A DNA stretch of 64,000 bases from Macrostomum lignano (taxonomy: Eukaryota), in assembly GCA_002269645.1 (NCBI GenBank), contig NIVC01002580.1, positions 44,490-108,489 on the forward strand, in the 5' to 3' direction. Of the stretch, positions 11,954 to 24,416 are shown in pieces. The number at the start of each line of letters is the position of its first letter. Position 1 is the first letter of the stretch. The position numbers were made by a program, and so were the translations under genes. A model generated the notes under the pieces. It saw only the letters and a program-made list of their open reading frames with translations, did not search any database and was not told the origin of the DNA.

Positions 11954-13225
11954 ATGGATCCACAGAGAGGTGCATTATCGACTCAAAATATTAACAATAA
12001 CTCTCATCTAATTCAACATCCTACAATCGGCAAACGACCGTCTCGTTTCAAGCCGGTTCGATTCCAGGAATATCGAATGCAATGGGGCGGCTGCTCCAGT
12101 TTGTCCTCGATGGCCATCTCTGTTAGCGACGTGTACGTCCTCGATCCTGAATGTCCAGCACTAGCAGCGGCTGCGGCAGCCACCAAACTCGACGATGTCG
12201 ACATCGACAATCGAAGTAGAATGGCGAGAAACTCGTCACGCCTTCCCAGCGACGCAGAACTCGCCGCTAAAGTGGAGGCCGCAGCCGCCAACGCCGCTGC
12301 CAACTGCGGCTGTCGTCGGAGATTCTGTGGTGACGCCGCTGCGCACCACCAGCGGCATTGGTCAGAAGACGACTGCGACCTGCCCGGTGACAACTATGGC
12401 GTTGGCGACGTTGTTTGGACGCTGCAACCATCGTCTAGTTTTGTCCACGAGACTCGATGCCCGAGACGCTCGACCGCTCGGTTCGGTGCACATAATCAAA
12501 AGCGGCAGCTCCAGCGAATGCGTCAGCAGCAGCTTCGCTCAGGCTGGGCGAGTCAGACGAGGCCGCTTATGCTGCAGACGGAGTCGCGACCAAGGGCTAA
12601 TTCGGCGTTTTCAACTGTAGAGACCAGAGCCGGGACATCAAAGCCACCGCCGTCGAGTCCATCTGGGTTGCCGTCACCTCATCTTCAGTCGGAGCTGCCT
12701 GCCCCGCCGCCAGCCCTGGAACCAACGCCGCCAGCACCGCCGCCGCCACCGCCGCCACCGCCACCGCCACCTTCAGACTTGCCGGCTTTGAAAACAGTAT
12801 CGTCAACGACAACTGCCACGACGACGGCTTCGATAACTTCGCCCACTAATTCAGACGAGCCGTCCTCCACGTCTGGTGTTGGCAGCGCGGAGTCGTGCGC
12901 CGAGTCCTGCGTAGCCACTGTGGCTCAAGTGCTGCAGGACGCCCTGTTGGCTGCGGTTCGCGCCGAGACGGAGCCACTGGAGCGTCAGCTAGCCGAGAAA
13001 GACGCCGAAGTGCGCCATTTGCGTCAGGAGTTGCAGGACCGGGACGCCCGTCTGCGACGACTCAACCGGCTGCTAACCTGTCGACGAATGCTAATGCTAG
13101 ATGATATCCAGCAGCATCAGCAGCTGGAAGGCGGGGGCGGTACGGGGCGGTCAGCAGGCAGCAAAAACGGCCGCGGTCGCGTGTCGAACAGCGCCTCGAC
13201 ATCTGCGCTTTCGTCTTTGCTATAA
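11954..13225 (+). CDS. Single-exon uncharacterised protein with a poly-Pro tract and C-terminal coiled coil (true start probably ATG 12077 or 12110)
   Basis: 423-aa ORF, GC/CpG-rich after about 12080; PPPPP run; heptad segment LERQLAEKDAEVRHLRQELQDRDARLRRLNRLL. No family recognised. Confidence 0.75.
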   Translation: MDPQRGALSTQNINNNSHLIQHPTIGKRPSRFKPVRFQEYRMQWGGCSSLSSMAISVSDVYVLDPECPALAAAAAATKLDDVDIDNRSRMARNSSRLPSDAELAAKVEAAAANAAANCGCRRRFCGDAAAHHQRHWSEDDCDLPGDNYGVGDVVWTLQPSSSFVHETRCPRRSTARFGAHNQKRQLQRMRQQQLRSGWASQTRPLMLQTESRPRANSAFSTVETRAGTSKPPPSSPSGLPSPHLQSELPAPPPALEPTPPAPPPPPPPPPPPPSDLPALKTVSSTTTATTTASITSPTNSDEPSSTSGVGSAESCAESCVATVAQVLQDALLAAVRAETEPLERQLAEKDAEVRHLRQELQDRDARLRRLNRLLTCRRMLMLDDIQQHQQLEGGGGTGRSAGSKNGRGRVSNSASTSALSSLL

Positions 13226-14691
13226 TATTTATTTTATTATAATCAAATTTGCGGGATTCACGCGGGATTCACGCGGAGTGTCGACTAAAATACAAGTTTT
13301 AATTGCCCCTGCTTGTCATTAAATTCCTCGTCTTCGCTTTATCACTCCATCCTACTTTCTATTTGGAATATGTTATTTTGTATTATCAAATTGTAATAAT
13401 ACAAGTCCGTTTATAATGATTGCATGAAAAAAGTAGTTTTTGGATAAATCATCTTGCTTTTTTAAAAAGTTTACATGCATCGTTCATGAGCAATCGTGGT
13501 TTGGAAAGATATTTCCAAGAGGTGCTTCATCATCTTTTGTATGAATTTAAAATATACATCTGCGACTGAAATAAATCGTTTATAAGTTTACCAGCCAATA
13601 TGCCAATTCATAGTGGTGTCTGCAACAAAAAAGGATTTCTAAATATTCTTTAATTTTCACGCACTTTTCAGGTACATGTACAATTTACATGTAACACATA
13701 CAAAGTATGTACATATACATTTGTATTCTAGTTGGATTCATTTTAAAAACCATTGCATTTTCATTTTTTAATTAACTGGCTTTACACAGCACCCAATAAA
13801 TATTTATGCGATGATTCTACCTAGGATACGGCCAGAATTCAAGATCAATACATGTACATGTAAATAACATTACTGTGATTTTTAAATGATAGGCCTATAG
13901 TACTAAGGAGTACTCGTAAATGTGCATAACTGGATTCACTTATAAAGTAAAAAGCGATGCTTTTTAATTCGTAGCAAATTATTTAATATTTGTATTTTAT
14001 GCAATGATTTTTAATAGTAAATTTGGGATGAACACACGAGCGAGTTTCTGCGGCAGTAAACGAAAACGAAAATACAACGAGTAAAACAAACTACAAGCGT
14101 GTTTTTTTACAAAAAAGTTATTAAAGCTATTTTCTACAACCTAATAGCAGAAGCTATTTTATGCTAAATAATAAATAGTACATGCTTGAATCTATAATAA
14201 TATAGTGTCAATTGTATATGCTTATGAAACTGATTTTCAACATTCATTTTTTTTCGTTTTCTGTGTGCCGTACTACTACTTGAAGCCGTAAACTTGAAGT
14301 CGTGAAAAGCTATTTTAGGATTGCAAAATGAAACTCAGTTGTTATTAACTGGCCTAAAAACGTTATCCTAAATAAATGTTAATATATATACATTTTGTAA
14401 ATTTAAAGATTTTATTCACCAACTGTATCACTAACAAACGTATTCTCATTCTCATACATTTGTTTAACTGGAAGTAATCTATTTGGAAAAAAACGCTGTA
14501 AGTCCATTTAAAAAGCGAGAAAGTAAGGCTTGCCTTTAATCGTAATCACGAGTAGAAGTGTAGTTACTGTGTTTTTTTTACTGTATTAACATAGAGTATA
14601 GTTTTTGCTGTATAGTAGCTAGCATTCATTAATTTTCGAAACTGCTTTATTTTGCTTCAGCTTGTATATACTTTAGTAATTGAACACAGCC

Positions 14692-15520
14692 ATGGCGACA
14701 CTAGAAGATCTGCGAAAAATCGATCCGTGCAGGGTGTCAGCAGAGAACGTGAAATCCATAGTAGAGCGAATCAGTGATGTAAGGGACTATAACTGCACCA
14801 AAAAATCTTAATTTCTCTCTCGATATTAAAATGTTTTTAAAACTTAAATCGGGCCTGGCAATTTCAGTTCGACCCCGGCTACATGGACGTCGACGGCGAG
14901 GCCGAGATGGTGCTGAACCTCTACGACGCCATCATTGACGCACAAAAGACGGCGCATGAGCGTTTGGAGAAAAAATGAGGGATCTGGAGACGACACTTCA
15001 TGATTTGGAGAAGGAGAATCAGTGCCTGCTGCGGTCGGCAAGTGATCGAGGATTGGACGCTGACAAGGAGCTCGAGCTGCGTAACGAGAATAAGAGGCTC
15101 AGCAAAGAGGTTGAATACTTGCTGAACGAAATCCGAAATAAAGAGATGACCGTTAGCAAGGTTTGTTTTGATGATGCGGTGCGATTTTAAACAAAACAAT
15201 AAAAGGGTTAAAAATGACTTGATATGCCTTCAGTGTGCATGCTTACAAGGCAGTCGACATTTACTCTACATGTATAATGCATTAGGGTATTAATTGCAGT
15301 GACAATTGGGTATCAGAAAAACCAAGAATGTAAAATAAAAACTTGTAGCAGTCTATTGTCGTAGTAGTGCAGGTTCAGCAGCTTAAAGATGAAATCGCTA
15401 TACTTCGCCGAGACAACAACGAACTACATGTACAGTAGCTAGCTAGCTAGTGAACGAAAAGGTGGAAAAGTGGCGCAAACACCTCGCTGACAAGGACGCC
15501 GAGTTGTCCGAAGCTTCACC
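14692..15520 (+). pseudogene. CEP290: Disrupted CEP290-like N-terminal fragment; exons 14692-14778, 14868-15160, 15373-~15520
   Basis: MATLEDLRKIDP..., ELRNENKRL and VNEKVEKWRKHLADKDAEL resemble CEP290 WKEIMKVDP, FLRNEICQL and VNAKVEEWKLILSSKDDEI (recalled sequence). Exon 2 is 293 nt between phase-0 sites (A6 run 14970-14975 then TGA); TAG at 15436 lies within a (TAGC)n patch; similarity ends near 15520. Confidence 0.7.
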
Positions 15521-16004
15521 CAGGTCCATTCGCGTTTGGGGGAATAGTATTGATTGATACGCTCGTTTTTATAGATGTACATGTGTTATATACAAATCGG
15601 ATATACATGTGCAATGCGCAATCCTAACTTATGATACATATATATCCGAGGCATACAAGGACCTCCATACAATATACAGTTTAAGGACTTTCTCGTCTTG
15701 TTAATGCGCGCCAACGAAATTTTTAGAGCTATTAGTTGACGTTTTTGAACCTGAAAATGCAGTTTTGAGACCGACGGTTAATCTAATTAATCATGTTTCT
15801 ATCAGCAGGGGTGTTGAATCTATTGATACTTTTACTGTAAACTGTACGTACATCAAGGTAGATTTATTTCTGATCTATTTTCTCTATCATGTGGATATTG
15901 GTTGAGTCGGTAGTTCGATCGCTGCCACCAGGTTCCTGAGGTTCCCTAATCCCTAGTATAAGAGGTTAACGAACTGAGACAGGAATCCGAAGAGATGTAT
16001 ATAT

Positions 16005-16430
16005 TCTAGAGGGGGTGCTTTCACAAGGTCGAAATTTCACAACATCGAAAACTCTAGCAAGAGACTTCAAGGTCGAAATTTCATAACATCGAAAGCTCAA
16101 ATAGCAGGCACTTTCACAAGGTCGAAACTTCATGGGCTCGAAATTTCAAAACGTCACGTTATTTGCACGGTACCGTGAGTACTACTGAAAACCATGCAGT
16201 AGTTTTCTACGTTGTGAAATTTCGACCTTATGAAGTCTCTTGCTAAAGTTTTTGATGTTGTGAAATTTCGACCTTGGGAAGTTTCGACCTTATGAAGTTT
16301 CGACCTTGTAAAAGTGGCTACTGTTTGAGTTTTCGATGTTATGAAACTTCGACCTTATGAAATTTCGACCTTGTGAAAGAAGTGCTTTTGACGTTGTGAA
16401 ATTTCGAGTTTGTGAAACCCCCCTTCTAGA
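16005..16430. mobile_element. Foldback/MITE-like element with imperfect ~40-bp TIRs and inverted subterminal repeats
   Basis: Left TCTAGAGGGGGTGCTTTCACAAGGTCGAAATTTCACAAC versus reverse complement of the right end TCTAGAAGGGGGGTTTCACAAACTCGAAATTTCACAAC. AAGGTCGAAA repeats lie on the left arm and TTTCGACCTT on the right; central palindrome CACGGTACCGTG. Confidence 0.85.
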
Positions 16431-16749
16431 GACGCAAAACAAATAGAAGAAGCATGCAATAGGTTTTACAAGTATTATTCACTCCTATGTGTGAGGTATA
16501 GTAATTCAAGCATTGACTGCCTTTTGCACTGTTACGGACATATGAGCTAGACTTGACGTAACCCGGGCTGCATGAAAACACCTTTGCGACCCCTGGGCTC
16601 TGGCGCTGAAAGGAAATTAAGATCCCATTATCTAGACAGCGGCCGCCCGGGTTGTTCGAAGGTTCACGCCAGAGGCGCGGCCTCCACCAGTCACCTGTGC
16701 AGGAGTACACCCGGTAAAAACTCCCGCTAACGAGACGGGAGTCCCGGTC

Positions 16750-18429
16750 TGTAACAGACGAAGGTTCTTGACCCCAACTGTACTAGAAATGGCCGATTAA
16801 GAGACTATGCGAGGCATACAAGGACAGTCTAGTCAGGGCTGGAAGCAAGGACTTTTAGCTGGTTAGCGGTTTTAGACTACAATTCCGTCCTAAGCCCCAG
16901 GATTCAGAGGCTTATCCAGAATAATAAATAACGCCATCATAAATTATTTCCTCCTAGATGGATTCGATGCAGCAGGGGATGCGGAAGTGCGGGTCCCAGG
17001 GCTCTCTCAGGGTGCACATCCTACGGGGACTTATTTAGAAGCATTGTTACTTCTTTGGTCATTTTGTTAAATTCGGCTCATACTCGGTGATCCTCCACTC
17101 TGATCCTCAGCTTCTATTTCATGCCCTGGGACAGGCGCACTCACTACTCACGCTTCATACCAGATCTCATTGTTAATAAGTAAACAGACGGAAGCAAACG
17201 AAATTGAATAGCTAATGTCCTGAATTACTGGCCCTAAACTTGGCCTCATAAGTTAGATTGAAAAATAAGGAGATGATGAGCAGTCCAGACGGGACGCGTC
17301 AGGGAGGTTAAAGCCAAGGGAAGTTACAGCTCAGCACGGTGGTTACAGCTCAGCACGGTGGTTACAGCTCAGCACGGTGGTTACAGCTCAGCACGGTGGT
17401 TACAGCTCAGCACGGTGGTTACAGCTCAGCACGGTGGTTACAGCTCAGCACGGTGGTTACAGCTCAGCACGGTGGTTACAGCTCAGCACGGTGGTTACAG
17501 CTCAGCACGGTGGTTACAGCTCAGCACGGTGGTTACAGCTCAGCACGGTGGTTACAGCTCAGCACGGTGGTTACAGCTCAGCACGGTGGTTACAGCTCAG
17601 CACGGTGGTTACAGCTCAGCACGGTGGTTACAGCTCAGCACGGTGGTTACAGCTAGCTCAGCACGGTGGTTACAGCTAGCTCAGCACGGTGGTTACAGCT
17701 CAGCACGGTGGTTACAGCTAGCTCAGCACGGTGGTTACAGCTAGCTCAGCACGGTGGTTACAGCTCAGCACGGTGGTTACAGCTAGCTCAGCATGGTTAC
17801 AGCTCAGCACGGTGGTTACAGCTCAGCACGGTGGTTACAGCTCAGCACGGTGGTTACAGCTCAGCACAGAAAAGGGAGAGTGGTCCAAAACTCCGAAGAG
17901 TCCGTAAGTTTACGGGAAACCGGTAAAACGCTCTGGGCTAGGTTGAAGGTCTGGGAGCGTGGAAAGTGGAGTGAAAACGCCCAAAGTTAGATGCTCAGGG
18001 CTCAAAAACAGTCTCTTATTTATAGCTCGTAGCCCTGAGATCACGCGTCACTCGATCACGAAAGCGTGATGCGTGATATTGAAGGCCGTGACTTGTCCTT
18101 TAGCTCCGTTACCAAGCAACCCTGATGAAGTCACACGTCAGCCGCGCTGCGATTGGACGAGAAATTGGGGTGGGGCACAGCGTAGAAAAAAGATTAATGA
18201 TGTGGGATCGCGTACCAGGCAGGAAAAAGTTTGGGGAGATAGGGGGTCGTAAAACTGTCATATGCATGAATTATTTCAAACATGAAAATAGAAAGCTCGT
18301 CTGGTTGGTGCGCGAGGGGGGTGGGCGATTCATCGCAATGAGTCATCATGGGGCGCGGGATCATCACAGAAAGAATTAAGGAGGCGGTGCGCAAAAATTT
18401 GTGCATTGGGGCCCAGGACGTGCCTACAT
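16750..18429 (-). mobile_element. Possible LTR-like/retroelement terminal region containing a minisatellite
   Basis: Minus strand reads TGTAGG...GTTACA (TG..CA), with a TATAAATA box at 18024-18017 and a hairpin-rich GC segment immediately 3'. No TSD, PBS or coding domain found. Confidence 0.25.
17322..17867. repeat. 19-bp minisatellite (GTTACAGCTCAGCACGGTG)
   Basis: Directly visible; source of the VTAQHGGYSS ORFs. Confidence 0.97.
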
Positions 18430-18658
18430 CAGACTACTACCTATCTGTAGCATTTTTACGTATTCCTAACTCCCAGCTTATTCCCAGTCCTTAAACTATC
18501 CTATTTGGGTTTTATGTCTTCGAAGTCAAAACTGACACGTGACACACTGCCTCCAGACTGGGCCGAGACCTTTTCTTCCCGAGCTTCAATCAAACTGCTC
18601 GATACATACGCTCATAATTAAAGGCACTCCCCAACAAAAACAACAACAAAAATATTCA

Positions 18659-18929
18659 GTCAGCGTCACAGGGTGCGCCTGCCTGGTCGGGTACGAACGC
18701 CACGCGCCTGCAGCGTCAGCAGCAGCACCTCATCTTGCACCGGCTGTGGGCAGTACGTCTCGGCGCGGATGATGTGGCCCGCCAGCTGCATGCAGTCGCC
18801 GACGTCGCAACCAGGTCTCTTGGACGGAAGGCCGGTGAGGTGATACAAAGCCGCGCTGGTCACTCATTCGTAGCTGATCTTGAAGGCGGCGCGCAGCAGG
18901 CCAGTGTGCGTCGCGTCGTAAACTTGTTG
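18659..18929 (-). pseudogene. Isolated decayed exon of an unidentified gene (QQVYDATHTGLLRAAFKISYE*VTSAALYHL...QDEVLLLTLQ)
   Basis: Acceptor tttgaccag before 18929; strongly GC3-biased codons; in-frame TGA at 18866-18864; probable further frameshift near 18708 (VAFVPDQAGAPCDAD* in another frame). Confidence 0.55.
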
Positions 18930-21900
18930 CTGGTCAAACATGTCACATGTTTACGCGTAGTTAGCTAGGTCTTTGCATGACATATATGTATAACAGCTTT
19001 AGAGGGTTACAGTTGATAGGATGCCAAAATTCCAGAGTTTTATGATTCCTGTATTTTGCAGTCTCGTAGTTTTGTAAAATCTCGCAAAAAGTGTTAAATC
19101 ACTGATGCTGGTAATTAATTTGCGACATTTTATTTAATTTGCAGAAGCGACAACTGGTAGTAGACCCTTCAGCAGCATCTCAGCAACTCTCTCCAAGCCT
19201 GGGGATCTCGGCAGGCGGAGTCTACTATCTCTAAAGATTTTTTATAACCAGATAGGTAGATTCGCAAAATCATTTTTCTGTCATGACTTTAGTCATGCAC
19301 TTTTCTTTTTTGTGAGTGAGCACTTATTTGTAATGCTAACAAAAAACACTATTCATTTTAGTATTTTGCTTATCAAAGTGATACGCTACAAATCTCACTA
19401 CTTTTTAGCACACAATTGGACTACTCTAGGCTGTAAAGAAAACGTTTTGTTATAATACGCAAACATTTTTATTTGGGTAAATTTAAATTTTCCGCCGACT
19501 GAGAAGAAAACCTCTTCTTTAGAAGAAGAAGATATCAATCGAATGTACCAACATTATATCAATGAAACTGAGTTCCTTTAAGGTGAGAAAATACACTGTA
19601 GTACACACATCAATAAGTAAAAAATCAATGTCTGACAATGCCTATGCACAGACGCAAGGTTTCAAGTGCCGCTTACATTATGCTTAGGCCTATCCTCATT
19701 GCATCACTCACATCACATCACATGCAGCCATGCATGAGTTTTTTAATGTTGATTTTTAATGATTTTTAATGCCTTATCTGTAATATAACTATAAAATGTT
19801 GTAGCCTAGGCCTAGCTTAAAACAATAACAGAATGTAAAAAGCTTTAGGCCTACCTCCAGAGTTTATGTCTAGGTCTATTGTGTTTATCAAACTTCCAAA
19901 ATGTCTAAGACTTTTTGAACTTTAGCAGCGTTTAGCCTAGGCTTAACTGGCTTTAGGACTAGCACTGTAGTAGGTACATGTAGCCCTTATTTTGAGAAAT
20001 ATTTGATAGTTTTATAGTTTTAATTTGATGTAGTTAAAGCCTTGGCTAGGTCCTTAGTATCTATAAAATGATAGGCAGTTGTTATTTTTAATGTTACAGT
20101 GTTGAGTGACCATATTAATAGTGAGACAGTGCCAATATATCTTTTTATGGTCAACACTTAAAACAAATACCATCTAAGTGAAGTGACAAACTTGCTATGT
20201 CAATAGGCCTACTAAGATGGTTAAATTTAAAAAATAAAGAAATATGTTAGGCTACTAATAAATATGATAGTAACTTAGTTGTTCTTGTCATGGTAGCTTA
20301 CTCTAGGTAATTATTAACTATTACATTGTAATTTAACTGAAATTTATTCCATATGATGATAAAAATAGCCATTTTGCTTCCTATGGTTCTGAAAAAATGC
20401 AAAAACTCATAGGCCTAGTGATAGAGGATCCTAGACATTTTGTCATCTACTATGGAGGTAGGACACTTTGTTATCCAGCCAATTTGCATGCTTTAAAGTT
20501 TGGTCAGTTTGTCATTTTACTAATAACAAGCATTGTAGTCTATAGACTCAATTAACAGATGCTTCTACGTACATGCACAGCACAAGTATGTAAAAATGAG
20601 GCTGAAGTGAGACTGTCCCCTCCTCCTTTCTCATTCTGGACTTGGGACCAGACAATGGCAGAGTTACAACCACAAAGATTGTCGTCTTGTACATATCTAG
20701 TATAGTTCAAGTATATAGATGTAGTATTAAATATGTAAATATGTAAATACACTTGGCACAAAGATTGAAAGGCACAAAGAAGAAATTGGGCGCTAAAAGG
20801 AGATAGAAAGGAGAGGGAGTGCGAAAATGTTACTTTGCTTTTACCATGAAATTTAATTCTGCTTATTTGGCTTGCCTACCAAAACAGGGAATGATGGGCT
20901 AAGATGGATTGAGGGAATAGGTGCCAACACAAGGTCTTAGATCATGAGCCTATTGGATACACATCAGATATGGAGATGCTTTTGTGCTTGCTTCGTTTGG
21001 AATAAGTGAGGGTGGGATAGTGGAGCAGAGGTGTGAACACACTTCATACTCTAAATCGTCAAAAAAAGGTGTCAAAACTGATTTCAATATAAGAGTTGAA
21101 AGATAGGTGCCAACACAATGTCTCAAAATAAAAAAATCATGTGCATGTTGGAGGTGCCAACACGATGTCTCAAAATAACAAAATCATGTGCATGTTGGGG
21201 GTGATGTGGGGTGGGGAGGAGTGGTTCTGTTCTAATGAGGTGGGGGCGGAGAAGATTTAAAAAATTTGGGTATTGCCGGTTTGCATTGTAGGTCGACACC
21301 AGTGAGGTGGGGCGGATTCCACATTTGAATCGCCGCCTGCATTGTCTAAACACTCGTAAAGCTGGAAAATTTCTCAAATTGATGCACTGATACTTCTCCT
21401 TGGTTACTCTGTCTGCCAGGGTCCTCAATTCCGGGGGGAGGGTAGTTGTAATCACAGTCAAGCAGTCTTGTGGCACAGTCGTTCAAATTGGGTCCTCAGA
21501 CACCGTAGAATTTGTGAACTGTTGATATGCTCAGTTTGTTACTATCAGTAGTAAAGTAGCGCTGCCACCACCGTAAATTTTGTTTTACGGAATGTTAAGG
21601 GTCTCAGAGCTTTCTTTGAGTTGAGACTGATTGGTTATTTTATGCCCCGCGGGCAAATAACTCAATATAGACTAAAGCTTTGATTAAATCAACTGGATAA
21701 ATAAATTGTTATTATTGGTAGCTTAGCGATTATAAACTTAAACTCAAACTTAAACCTTCAGAGCATGGGGGAAAATTTGAAAAAATGACTGCTACATGCA
21801 AGGATTTTATACAGGGAAAAGGGGACAAAAACCGGGAGAAATGCAGTAAAATGAAGGCGGAGCCAAAGAAAGGTACGACTAATGGACCAAAGATGGGATC

Positions 21901-24416
21901 AATGAAGGGAATACGCTCAGTCATCCGGGGGAGCAGCTTGTGATGTCAATTGTCATACCAACGGATGGAGGCATTGCGCGGTCGCCAACTGTTGCCGGAA
22001 TGCCAGTGGTAGACCAGCCTACCACACTAACTTTGAAAACTTTTGTTTTATAGATGACAAAGTGTCAACAAGTCTAAGTCACTTTGTCATCCACCCTCTG
22101 AGATATTGGACAGATTGTCATCTGGATGACAAAGTTGTAAGATGACAAAGTGTCTAGGTACCATGATAGACAAGCTATTTGAGTTTTAGCTTTAAGCAAC
22201 CTGTCACCTATAGAATCAGTAGAGTACATATAGCACTAAAAGATGCATAGGCCTACCTCAAAGATGGTTGCTGCACTAATAAGCATGAAGATATTCTAAA
22301 ATGTTTTTCACCTATGTTTTTCAAACAATTACATTCTAAAAATAAAGAAAAAGTTGGCTTTGTTAAAAGTATATACTTTCTTAGAATTTTTTAAATGAAG
22401 CTTTATACTATTATGCATTTTTGCCCTTTGTGATGTATTTTGAAGGCATTTTTTGTGCATTTGGAATAATAAATCAAGTAAAAGAACTTGTTATATACAA
22501 GCAAAGTGTATCTACTGAGTGGAGTATCATACATATACATGTACATATATGTATAGTAAGAAGTATAGTGTGTCAAATATATATATACCATTTTAAAATT
22601 AGGATTTTTGCGAGTGACACATTAAATGACTATAACAAAGTTAGGAACTCTATTATGCTATAAGTTACTGCAATGTCTGTTGCCAAATGACTTGTTGCTA
22701 AAACATCTATTGCAAAAGTGTCTTGTTACAAAAGTGTCTAGAAACCTATGTCAGTTACCATATCCACTATTTAGCACTGGCAGACAAATAGTCCACTGGC
22801 CATTTGCCCAGAGCAGATGAATAGTCTGGCAGACAAATATTCCTGGATCTATTATGAAAGAAGGTCTGAGATAGGCCCTAATCATGATAGAAAATAAAAA
22901 TGACTAAACAAAAACTTATTTCAAGGCTTCTGCCTTCTATTCTCAATAGCACAATCTGTTATAAGGAACTTAAGAAAGTTTAGGCTTAGAGATATTGTTT
23001 ATCATTCTCCTAGTCATAGTCCTTAGAGTTGTCAAAATGGTCAAGATTCAAGTCAATGGTCATCTCTATAAGCTCTTTTATAGGTATAGGCCATTTGGTA
23101 AAAGAATTTTCAGCAAAAGATGCTTTGGCAAAAGTGAATTTTTAGTTTATATAGATCAACATTTTTGTGAAAGAAAGTGACCAGTTCAGCAAAAGTATAG
23201 ACTACTTACTTATTATAATTACAAGTATACCACTAGTGATTGTAGGCCTAGCTTTTAAAAAATTATTCATTGATCACTATGTACATATTTTTAGTTTGTA
23301 AATTAAGTCTTAGAACTTAGCTAGCTAGGCCCTAGTAGTTATGTTATATATACAAAGTGCAATCAAAAGATTAGGCTAGGGATGATAGTTTGGTTTTTTA
23401 GTTTTATTTCCTAAGTTATACTTGGAAATCTTACTAGGCCTATAATAGAATGACCTAATAAAACAACATTTTATTAATCTAATAATAATATTAATACAAT
23501 AAAAACATATAAAGATAAAATAGTCTTTAAAATTTGTCTTTTTTCATTGTCAAAGTCTGTTGAAACCTCTTCTATAGTGGCCTTTAGTTTTTAGGTATAA
23601 ATTTTAATAGTGTCTACTTTCTATCCTATACAGAAAAACAACAATAGGCTAGAAATTTTCTATATAGATCCAAGTAATAATACAATAAATTTCAAGGATA
23701 AAAGATGAGTATAGGCCTAATGATTTTATCCCAAGTCATTTTGAATTTGAGTAAACAAGTTTTCATTTGACTTTAATCTATAAAAAATAAGAATAATTGA
23801 AAATAATTAGAAATAAGCAAATGAGGGTTTACTTGGTATTGAGCATAGTATTAAGTTTGTTTGCCAGTTGATTTGGTCATGAGCATGATTAGCTAGCTAT
23901 CATTTGTTGTATCTGCCAGGTGCTCTATAGTGCAAAACTTCGCTAGGCAGTTACCAATGCTATAATATTAACTGCTAGTCTGCAAGGTTGATAGCAGCTA
24001 TAACCTACAAGTGAGTGGTATTTAGGCTGTCTATTAGGTCTTGAAGAATTTATTTAATGACACCTCTAATGCTTTCTATTAGCACTCTACAAACAAGTTG
24101 TATATGTCCTAATGACCTTGTTTGGAAATTGAAGACTACCTTGTTAAATCTAAAATGAAGCAACTCTATCTTGCAACAACTGCAAATTTAGCTCCAAGCT
24201 ACTAAGCAGGTCTCAAATTTTAGACTTTTTAATTACTTTCCTTGTAGTATTATTGCTTTGCTACTACCTAGTATACTTCTGCACCTATTCACAAAGCTTC
24301 TATAGCTTGCTGATTATATATTGCTGCTTGGAAATAGTCTTAACATTTAGCTAATTTTTTAGCCTTTATGGCTGCTTGATAAGCAATTTTCATTAGGAGT
24401 GCTAACTGGTAGCATT

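Noticed and set aside
14964-14980. Programmed ribosomal frameshift at GAG AAA AAA TGA
   Set aside because: It needs a -1 shift without a canonical X XXY YYZ heptamer, and the same gene has further lesions; a deletion or assembly error is simpler.
16720-16766. Hammerhead or HDV-like ribozyme (CTAACGA...CGAAG)
   Set aside because: The core deviates from CTGANGA/GAAA at invariant positions, and the L3/P1.1 pattern of HDV-like ribozymes is absent; kept only as an unspecified structured region.
18121-18165. Hammerhead-like CTGATGA...GAAA
   Set aside because: Stem II does not close directly onto the core (extra bases on both sides), and no stems I/III were found.
19143-19583. Plus-strand exon-like pieces (19143-19254, ~19495-19583)
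   Set aside because: Splice-like ends are present, but stops occur in the plausible frames and there is no recognisable product.
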